Positions 1 through 9,216 of a stretch of DNA of 52,934 bases are shown piece after piece. Under the pieces are notes generated by a model. It was not told the DNA's origin. It worked only from the letters and a program-made list of their open reading frames with translations, and did no database searches. The DNA is from Fonticula alba ATCC 38817 (taxonomy: Eukaryota > Protista > Nucleariida), in the NCBI GenBank assembly GCA_000388065.2, contig KB932207.1. One strand, written 5' to 3'. The stretch's first letter is position 1. Each line of letters begins with the position of its first letter. The position numbers and the translations under genes are program-made.

Positions 1-625
1 CCCGCCGATCACACGCCTCGGTGTTCCTGGTCTCCGTGTCCCCCGTCTCTCGCCCGCCTTGCCCGGGCGCCTCGCGGCCGCGACCCCACACACCCAGCCA
101 CCGAGCATGCCCTCCTCGAGTACGATATCAACAACCTCTCCCGGCGGCAGTTCTCTGCCAAGGGGCGGCTGGCTTGAAGCCGTAAACTGCCAACGAATTT
201 CGGCCCCCACTAAAATACACACACCTGCGCATGCGCGTGCACTCGGCGCACTTCCTTTTGCAGGGGGGGGGGGGGGGGGGGGGGAGGCCCGTACGCGCGC
301 GGCATCGCGGCTTGGCCTCTTCCCATGGTGGGTCCCTTTTTTTTCTTCCTCCCACACGTCTGGGGCTAGTCCACCCGGCTGGTGGAGTGTGGCAGGGCAG
401 GGCAGACAACGGGCGAGGAGGCTCAGGTCCAAATGCAGGGACGCCCTGGCCAGGCGACTCGCGCCCGTGAGCATCTCACTTCCACCGTATCTTTCGCCCC
501 TTTTCCCATCTCCTCCCTCCCCCTGGCCTTGGGGCTGTGCCGAATTCCTCCATCTCCTCTTTCTCTCCTTTCTCCCCTGCCTCCTCTCTCTCTCTCTCTC
601 TCCCCCCCCCCCCCCCCTCGTCGGC

Positions 626-3600
626 ATGTCCGGCTGGTCTGGCGATCGCGATGCAGACGCGGAATTCGGTGCGCCATCCTCCAAACGCAATCCGCCCTCC
701 GGGCTTGGCCCCTGCCGGTTCAGGTGGCCCACCTTGCCCCGGCCCTGAAAGTGTGCTAACGTGTTGCAGCTCGCAAGCGCCGGGAAATAAACCGCGATGC
801 GGCCGCCTACGGCTCGTTCTTTTCCCTGGGCGGGGCGGATTCCGACTCGGATGAGGAGTCGGCCGCCTTCGTCGGCTTCGAGGGGGCCCGTCAGGGTGGC
901 GGCCGGACTTCCAAATCACCCGGTCTCGGCCTCCAGTCTGGCTCGGGCCCGACGTGCGTCGCTTCCCCCCTTTGCTGCCCTCCCACTCGCGCCCTGTGCT
1001 GCATCTCATCTCCCCATCTGACTCACACCGAGGACACATTTGGCATATATGCACTCAGCCTGGACGGATCGATGATGATGTTCGTGTCGGCCGGCATCGT
1101 TGGCGGCCAGAAGCCCGAGGCCGCCGCCGACACCAACAACACCGAGCAGATTGCCCTGTCGGATGAGGACTCTGACGGCACGTCGTCCTCGGCGCCGGCC
1201 GCCGCTGCCGCTGCCACCCCGGCCACCGGCCGATCGGAGTACTCCTCGAGCATGGGTCGCCGGAAGCCCACGCGGCCGGCCGTCCAGCAGCCGCTGTCGC
1301 GGGATTTCGCCTCCTTCGAGCGCCACACCAAGGGCATCGGCATGAAGCTCCTTTTGCAGATGGGCTTCCAGCCGGTACGCCGCCATCGGCTTTGCCCGTC
1401 CCCTCCCTGCTCTTTCTGTCTTTCTTTCTTTCGCGCGCGCGCTCTCTCTCTCTCTCTCTCTCGCTCTCTCTCGCTCTCTCTCCCCCCCTCTCGCTCTCTC
1501 TCCCCCCCTCTCTTTCTCCTCTGGCTGTGGCTCCTTTCGCCCTCCCACTCCCTCTAATGTCCTTCCCCATCTCCTGCTGCCACCCGAAACATCCGTCCTC
1601 AGGGTCGCGGCCTGGGCAAGCATGGCCAAGGTCTGGTTGAGCCGATCAAGGCGGTCGTGCGCGACCCGCAGGCTGGCCTCACGATTGACGGCGGGGAGGG
1701 GCCCGGCTCGCGGGGACAGCGCACGCGGCGCGGTCGGAGCGCCAGTCGACGCGGGGCCGCGGCCTCTTCCTCCTCCTCCGGCAGCGAGAGCGACAGCGAA
1801 AGCGGGGCCGCCTCCTTGTCCGGATCCGATGAGTCGGACATGTCGGATGTGGAGGACGCTCCCCGGGGCCCGGCGCGGCCGCGGCCCCCGAAGCTGGTCT
1901 TCCGCACGTTGGAGGAGATTCGCGCGGCCGAGGCGCCTGCCCTCTCGGTGGAGGAGGTCCTCCGAGCGGGGCCCGGCTCGGCGGCCGCCCTGGCTGGCGA
2001 CCTGCCGGACGGGCACACGCGCTACCATGCCGGCATGGCCTTCCCGGAAATCCGCCACAATGTGGCCCTCCTCGTCGAGCACGACTATGAGAGCCTGCAA
2101 GAGGCCACCGACCACCTGGAGCGTGCCAGGGCCGGGGCCTTGCGCGGGCGTCGTGTGGCCACCCAATGTCAAGCGCAGCGCGAGCGCCTGGCCCGTCGAG
2201 CATCGGCCCTGCAACGCCTCGCCGACCATGTGGCCCGGCTGGCCACGGCGGTCGGGCACTTCCACCGGGACTTTGTGGAGTTGCTGCGCCACTGGCCGGA
2301 CCAGTCGGCCGAGGGGCTGGCCGGGGCGTTACCCGTGCTCGGCGGAGATCCAACATCGCCGCCTGGACTGGCACTTTCCTACCCGCCGGAGGCTGGCTTC
2401 CCGGCGGCACCGGCATCAGCCCTGGAGCAGCTTCTCTTTTTCTGCCAATCCCTGGACCGAGTGTTCGGGGTGACAAGCGGCGCCCCCTCGCCGACACAGC
2501 CCGGCAAGCAGGCGGCCCTCTTGCGAGCTCTCCTCATGCGGTATGGGCTGCCGGTGGATGCCCGGTCGCTGGCTGGCCTGGCCGACCCGGTGGCCTTCGT
2601 GGCCGAACTCTTCGGCCGATACCTGGTCGAGGAGGTGGCCGAGCTGGATCGCCTGGCCGAGGCGGCCCAGGTGCTTGACGAGCACCCGGTGGCCGGCGGC
2701 CTCTCGGAGATCACGGCCGAACTGGCAGCCGCCGCGGCACTCCCCTACTTTGCCCAGCGCATGGCCGCCGGTGCCGAGGGGTGGGCCCTGCCGCTGGTGG
2801 ACTCACACCGGGACCATGCCGCGCTGGCCACCTGGCGGCCGCTGCTCCGGCAGCCGGTCCCATCGTCCGGGGCGTCGGCCTCGACTGGGGCCCTGCCTGC
2901 CATGCGCACTGCCGGGCCTCCTGGCTCCTACTTCGACTTGATTGTCTGGGAGCACTGGCTGCCGACCGTCCGATCGGCCATCATGTGCGTGCTGCCTCGC
3001 CCTCCCCCCCCCCCGCGCGCTGGGTTGCATTTGCCATCCACCCCCGTCGCTGTCGTTTCGCCCAGACACGCCGCCCAGCGGCTCGCTGACCGCCTCTCCC
3101 CCTCCCAGTAATGAGTGGAACCCCACATGCACGGTGTCGACGAAGCTCATGTCGGACTTCATCGAGGTTTGGTGCTCCTCGCAGCCGGACCTCCTTCCGC
3201 CGACGTTGCAGGTTCACCTGCTGACGCGCCTGGTTTTGCCACGCGTGGAGGAGGCCTGCCGGTCGTGGCGCCCGGGCTCGGCGCTCAACCGTCCTGGCGG
3301 CCCGATGGCCGGGGCAGCGGCCAGCCATGCCGGCATGGCGCACGTCCTGCGATCTCTGACGGGTCGGGATCGCTTCGCCGGGCTGTCACCCGGGCGCCAG
3401 GCCGAGGTGTTTGACTTGCTTGAGCGCCGAGACGCGCTTCCCGAGTTGGGGGCCGCGTCCACCGGCTGGGTGGCCCTCTGGGGCCCGGTGTTCGGGGCGG
3501 AATTGTTCGCCTCGGTGGAGGCCATCCGCCGGCGGGTGATCGATCTGCTCGCCGGGCCGGGAGCCGCAAGTGTGCCGCTGACAGATTGGCGCACCTTCGC

Positions 3601-4544
3601 CGCGCTGCTTGTGGCCCAGTGGGGGCATTTGCTGCCGCTGGGCCCGGCCGAGCGCGGTCCCACTGGCGAGGCCATCTTGCGTGTGGCCCCGGCCGACCCG
3701 GCCTGCACGCTTGTGTCGCCTGATCACGCCCGGCAGCTGGCCCTGGCCAGCGTGTATCCGAAGCTGGCACACTTGGCCGGCGTGGGCCCCGGGTCGGCAT
3801 CTCCCCCGGCCGCCTTCCATCACATCAAACGCCTGGTTATCGATCCATCCGGCCAGAATACCGGTATGTCGCCGGGAGGGATATGACGGGCCTGTCTTTT
3901 TTCCCAGCTATCTCTCTCTCTTTTCTCTTTCTCTCGCTCTCTCTTTTCTCTTTCTCTCGCTCTCTCTTTTCTCTTTCTCTTGCTCTCTCTTTTTTTCCTC
4001 CCGGCGATCGACGCAAAATTGCCCGCTGCTGGGGCAGATCTCCAGCGTGTGTTTGCTGACTCAGAGGAACAACACACCCATACATACACAAACACATCAG
4101 GTCCCCTCCGGATTCTGATTGCCTTTGGCACGGTCCTCCCCGCAACGGCGTACCTGCGTCTCTGGACCCACGGTGTTCTCCCCCAGTGGATGACCGTGCT
4201 CGATGAGTGGCTGGCACATGTGGCGACCGAGGCCGCTCGTGAGGACGGCCTCGCAGCTGCGCGCGCTCTCTTCCGGCAAATTCTCCAATGGGTTGCCGCC
4301 TGGCGTGGGGCCCTTCCCGCAGCACTGGTGTCCACCCCGGCCCTGGTTGAGCACTTTGTCCAGTTCGTGCCCCCCCCCCCCCCCCCTTTGATCCCCCATT
4401 GCGTCCTCTCTGTCGCTGCCGTCTCCATGCATGTCTCTCTGTCTCGTTTGCCTGTCCGACTGACACAGCCCAATGTCCTGCCTGCGCCCCCGCTTCAGAG
4501 CCTATGATAAGATCGAAGCCAGCATGCAAGTGATCGGTCTGTGA
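626..4544 (+). CDS. TFIP11: Tuftelin-interacting protein 11 / Ntr1-Spp382 G-patch spliceosome disassembly factor; model join(626..668,770..953,1059..1374,1603..2984,3109..3863,4101..4362,4499..4544), ~995 aa
   Basis: G-patch HTKGIGMKLLLQMGFQP|GRGLGKHGQGLVEPI is rebuilt across intron 1375-1602. N-terminal RKRREINRDAAAYG...DSDEE and MFVSAG segments are TFIP11-like, as are the GCFC-like IVWEHWLPTVRSAI-NEWNP and LPQWMTVLDEWL...QWVAAWR. All six introns are GT-AG and phase-compatible. Confidence 0.88.
1438..1515. repeat. (CT)n-type microsatellite in TFIP11 intron 3
   Basis: ctctctctc/cgctctctc runs inside intron 1375-1602. Confidence 0.85.
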
Positions 4545-4750
4545 GTGCATACGTACTCTGTCCCTCTTCTTTTCTCGCGTGCTCGCGCACACATCCTCCC
4601 TCTCTCTTCCCGTTCGCGGAGGTAAGTCTCGCCAGGGACGCAATACAAACATAGACACTCCAATGGACGTTTGCAGAATGGAGGAGGATCCTGAGAGGGG
4701 GGGGGGGGGGATAATTCGTTTTATAAAAAGGGAGGGGGGGAAACAGTCTA

Positions 4751-6067
4751 TCACACGGCAGACAGCCCGGCCTTTGCACACGGACATGTGTCGGAAGGTC
4801 GGGCAGGCAGCGCCGGTAGAGGGAGTGGGTGGCTCGGCGATCGGCCGGGCGCCGCGTCGCCTCCCTCGGGTCCGGGAGCCAGGGCGTAAATGGCAAAGAA
4901 GGCATCGCCAGCTTGACTCACACGCCATCGCCCGGGATCCAGACAAACCAAGTGCGGGAGGACCCAAGCGCCTGCCTGGCTGCCGGTCCCGGCGCCGGGG
5001 TGGCCAAGCGGCCGGGCGAGGGCCAATCGTGATGCGCCGAGAATCCGCTGCACGGACCCGAGCGAGGTCACCCGGCCGACCAGGTCGTGCACCTCGCGAG
5101 TGCTAAGAGGCCCGCGAATTTGATGCCATGGCCCGATGGCCGCCGCGGGAGGCAAGTTGCCGAGGCCGGCTGCCTGCCACAGGGGCGCCAGCCAGGAAGC
5201 CGAGCCCGGGGCGGCTGCCAGGCTGGAGGACCATCCGGAGCCCAGATGAGCGGCCCATCGGGCAACCTGGGCCATGTGAAGGGCGGTCCGGAGGCGCGAA
5301 CAGCGCTCGGGCCGCGGGAGAGTGTCGCCGGCGCCAGGCAATGGCGGCGGCAGGGAAGCTCGGTGCCGTGCACACGCGGCACATTCCCCGGGCGGACCAT
5401 CGGCCAAATGCGTCGGGGAAAATTCCCGGCGGAAGTCCTCCGATTGCCAGGCACCCAGCACCGCGCCGACGGCGGCCACGGCGGATACCAGCTCGCGAAT
5501 GCTTTCCGCCTCGTCGGCCATCGCAAAGCGCCGGGGAAGGGGGAGGCCATTGGCCGGGGCGGTTGCACAGGCGCCCGGCATGTCCAGCCGCAGTGCCACC
5601 CTCGAGGGCGAGTGGGCTGGCGAATGCACCAGCGGCAGCGGTGTGGCCAAGGGGGAGGCCGGAACGGCCGAGGCGGCCGGCCTAGCCGAAGCAGGTGGGG
5701 CAGACGGGGCTTGCGGCTCGGGAACCGGCGCCAATGCCGCCCTGGCCACCGGCAGACGATCTAGGAAGGACCGAGTGGCATTCGGGGCCAGCTGCCGCGC
5801 CCGACGCAGGAGCATGCTCGCTTCGCTGGGACTCAGGTGTGACAGGGAGGAGTGAATGGCACCGGCGGCCGCGCTGGCGGCCCAAGGATCCCTCCCCAAC
5901 GGCGGCTCGCCGGGATGGCCGAAGCCCATATCGCTGTCACTGTCGTCATCGTCACTGCCATCGTCAAAGAGAACCGGCCGACTGGATAGAGGCCGAGCCA
6001 TGGAGCCCAAGCAGCGACCGCCGAGCGCTGACTGGCTCAGCGGCCGTCGCCATAGGCCAGGCCTCAT
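4751..6067 (-). CDS. Hypothetical protein, unrecognised (~438 aa if single exon from ATG 6067; alternative ATG 6001)
   Basis: Long open frame with protein-like composition (acidic DDGSDDDDSDSD patch, helical-looking segments, a CAACARH motif). It sits convergent with TFIP11 and divergent from ccmE. No family motif recognised; both ends uncertain. Confidence 0.5.
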   Translation of the reverse strand: MRPGLWRRPLSQSALGGRCLGSMARPLSSRPVLFDDGSDDDDSDSDMGFGHPGEPPLGRDPWAASAAAGAIHSSLSHLSPSEASMLLRRARQLAPNATRSFLDRLPVARAALAPVPEPQAPSAPPASARPAASAVPASPLATPLPLVHSPAHSPSRVALRLDMPGACATAPANGLPLPRRFAMADEAESIRELVSAVAAVGAVLGAWQSEDFRREFSPTHLADGPPGECAACARHRASLPPPLPGAGDTLPRPERCSRLRTALHMAQVARWAAHLGSGWSSSLAAAPGSASWLAPLWQAAGLGNLPPAAAIGPWHQIRGPLSTREVHDLVGRVTSLGSVQRILGASRLALARPLGHPGAGTGSQAGAWVLPHLVCLDPGRWRVSQAGDAFFAIYALAPGPEGGDAAPGRSPSHPLPLPALPARPSDTCPCAKAGLSAV

Positions 6068-6532
6068 GTGCCGGGCTCGGTCTCGCAGATCACCACGGGG
6101 CCCGGCTCCCGGATGGATGCGCGTGTTGATGGAGGAGCGGTGAAGGCAGCCGGAGGAGCGGAATTCCACGTGCCAGGAAAAGAGGGGGGGGGGGGGGGGG
6201 GGAAAGGCAGCAAGCAGCGGCGGGGATGAGACAGGAGAGGGGGCAGAAGGGGGGCGGGGGCGGGGGGGGGAGGGGAGGGATGTGAGGTGCCTTGGGTACC
6301 ACCGTGTCGGCATGTGGGGGCGGCCGGTGCCGGAAAACCCCCCTCGTCCTCGGCACTCTCCGGGCCCCCATCCGCGGGCAAGCGCGCGACCGGGGATTGG
6401 AGCCATGAGAGGATCGCGCCGATCCCGTGCGCGCCTTGGAGTCATATGATCCTGCTAATCTGCGACACGTGTCCGCGCGCTCCACCGCTCGCACCACGTT
6501 TAGGGGCCGGGCGTGCGCATGTGTGCCTGCCA

Positions 6533-6565
<33 letters not shown>

Positions 6566-6825
6566 CATCCGCATCCTTGGAGCGTTGGCCCAGTCTATGC
6601 TGTGCTGCGCCCGGCCGCCATCCGGGGCGGCCAGAAGGATGCCAGGTCTCACCGAAGAGACTCCCATGTGAGAGCACCGGCCCGGAGATCGGGGCGTCCG
6701 GACAGAGATCCTCCTGTCCCCCTCCCACCACCTGCCTCTCTCTCCCTCCCTCTCTCTCTTTCTCTCCCCCTCTCTCTCCTTCTTCCTTCCACTCCCCCCC
6801 CCCCACCCTCTCCTGGCTCCGGAAT

Positions 6826-7153
6826 ATGTTCTCTCGCACTGTATCTCGCGTCCTTCTGCGTGCTGGCCCGCCTCTGCGCGCCCAGACCGCCCGCATTCCG
6901 ATGGCTCTGGCTCAGCCTGTTGTGCGTCTGCCCTGCCATCATGGCTCGCGTGGGTCACCTCGACCCCCCCTCGCCCGGCTCTCCCCACAGCTCGTCCGCT
7001 TCTCTGACACCCCCCTATCGTCTCATCCCGATCTTGACATCCCAGGAGTCGGCCTCTGCCCGTGGTGTTGGTGCGCCCGCCTCTGTGTCTGCCTCCCCCT
7101 CGCTGTGGCTCAACATCATGTTCACCGCCCATCCCCGCCCCGCCCTCTCTCTA

Positions 7154-7185
<32 letters not shown>

Positions 7186-8242
7186 TCTGCCTTCTGCTTC
7201 ACTTCTCGCCCGGACGCAGCCCGCATGTACTCGCAGGAGGCTGGCGCTGCTGCCACCGCCTCCCGCAGCGCTACGTGCGACCCCTCCCCCTCGCCGGCCC
7301 ATGCCCTCGGCCGCGGCCCCCCACTTACCATCCCACCCCCTCCCCATCCAGTGCTACCCACCGTAAGGCCATGCAGGAGCGCATTGCCAAGGACCGCATG
7401 AAGAAGCGGTGCGTGTCATCTCGGCGGCTCGACACCTTTTTCCTTCCCTCCTTCTCCCTCTCCCTTTGGTCTAACTCTCCAGGACCTTGCTTCCCCCCGC
7501 CCCTTCCCGCCCTCCACCCCTGCACGAAAGGATCATCATGGCGGCCGTGGGTGTCGTCGGTCTTGCTGGCGCGACGCACCTGTTTTTCCAGCGCTTCGGC
7601 GCCCAGCTGGCCGTCTATGTGACCCCAACGCAGCTTCTCGGCGAGGAGATCGATGACCCGTCGCTGCTGCATGCCTTCCTCGAGCCGGGGCAGGTGACCA
7701 TCAATCCCCCCTCGGCGGATGTCCTCCAATCGATGCCGGTCATTCGCGTGGGCGGCATGGTCAAGCCCGGGTCCTTCCGGTCGCTGGACTACATGCACCA
7801 TTGTGTGTTCATCCTGACGGATTTGATGAACGATGTGGCCGTCATCTACCGCGGTGATGCCATGCTGCCGGATCTCTTCAAGGAGGGCCAGAGTGTCGTG
7901 GTGGAGGGCCACTTCGACCGGGAGGCCATGCTGTTCCGCAGTAACCTCCTGATCGCCAAGCATGACGAGAACTACGTGTCCAAGGACATCGCCGAGCTCA
8001 TGGAGCAGACCCGGCAGAAGATGATGCGCATCGAGGAGCTCAAGGCTGCCGAGACCGCCGCCCGGGCCGACGCGCTGGTGGCCGCCAACCGCCTGGAGAA
8101 CCCGGCCATCGAGTCGCAGCAACTCCCGGCCCTGGACATGGCCACGCTCCGGTCCTCTCCGGCTGTCGGGAGTGAGGGCGAGCCCGGCTCCGAGCAGCAG
8201 GCCACCTCCTCTCCGTCCGAGGAGGAGAAGGCTGGCAAGTGA
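6826..8242 (+). CDS. ccmE: Cytochrome c maturation heme chaperone CcmE with predicted mitochondrial presequence; model join(6826..6921,[6991..6993 optional],7046..7070,7220..7274,7352..7408,7531..8242), ~314 aa
   Basis: Diagnostic CcmE motifs: MKKRR followed by a hydrophobic anchor (IIMAAVGVVGLAGATHLFF), YVTPTQL, IRVGGMVKPGS, YRGDAMLPDLFKEGQSVVVEG, and LIAKHDENY with the heme-binding His at 7961-7963 and Tyr at 7973-7975. The N-terminal exon MFSRTVSRVLLRAGPPLRAQTAR is Arg/Ser-rich with no acidic residues. The 5' exon chain is phase-consistent but less certain than the core. Confidence 0.9.
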
Positions 8243-8656
8243 GCAAAGGAGACACGGGCAGGGCCCCTCGGGGGGGGGGGGGCCTTTTTTCTGCCCCCCG
8301 CCCCAGCCCGCCAGATCGACCAAGCCATCTGCCGCCGGAACAACCACCAGTGCGCTGATATGTAGCCATCTCCCGCACGTGACTGGGACTTTTCTTCCCG
8401 ACCAATAGACTTTCAACAAATGTATCGCCCGGGCGTGTCTTGCCCCGCCCCCGCGCGCCCCCACACGTACATACACACAGGCCCCAGCCCCGCCCCGAAC
8501 CGGGCATCTCCCCCCCCCCTTCTAGAACGGATGAATTGCTTCCGCACTCTCGGCCACCACCGCCCCCGGGCCGCGGGGCTAGGCGGGACCCGCCGATTGC
8601 CGGTGTTGACAGATCCGCGCTCTCTCGGGCCGCCCCCCTCCATGCGAAATGCCCAT

Positions 8657-8658
<2 letters not shown>

Positions 8659-8713
<55 letters not shown>

Positions 8714-8770
8714 GTTCGTGTATGTGTCCGTTCGTGTATGTGTGTGTACGTATGTGTGTGTACACGCGCA
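8659..8770. repeat. (TG)n microsatellite between ccmE and HYOU1
   Basis: About 50 nt of pure TG followed by degenerate tatgtgt units. Confidence 0.9.
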
Positions 8771-9216
8771 TGTGTCCCGAGCGCGCTGGCCAAGGCAGGA
8801 CCAGGGGGGACAGCTTGGCGGGGGGGCATCGACTCGCCGTGTGTCAGCAGCCATGGCCGCGTTAACCCCCCCCCCCCTCTCCCCCCCCCCTGCCCTTTTC
8901 CTTCGGGCCCTGTCCTCGGTGTTCGCGAACATCCGTGCCCAGAGACAGATGTACATCATGCCCGCCACCGGTGCACACACGGCCCGGTGTTCGCGGAAGC
9001 CGCGGCATAATCAGCCCCACCCCCGGCCGGCACACTTCTGGGGCGCAGGGCGAGGGGTGGGACCTCCGCCGGAGCCCGCAGCCTCAAAAGCATGCCCGCC
9101 GGCTTGATGCCCCCTCCCGGCCTGGTACCACACTTTCCCACACCCGCCCCCCTTCCCCTGCCTTTCCTCTTTCTCTCCGACGAAAGCATCCCCCCCCCCC
9201 CCCCCCCCTACCTGAC

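Noticed and set aside
59-625. ORFs upstream of TFIP11 (e.g. 59..748)
   Set aside because: They run through poly-G and (CT)n tracts with no motifs. The TFIP11 model starts cleanly at ATG 626.
7487-8242. Bacterial contamination as the source of ccmE
   Set aside because: The gene is embedded among spliceosomal-intron genes, shares their composition, and has upstream exons with local-consensus splice sites and a presequence-like leader. No other ccm operon genes are adjacent.
6167-8381. CACGTG E-boxes at 6167-6172 and 8376-8381 as targets of the bHLH or as a UPR element for HYOU1
   Set aside because: A 6-mer is expected by chance at this frequency, and no ERSE spacing (CCAAT-N9-CCACG) was found.
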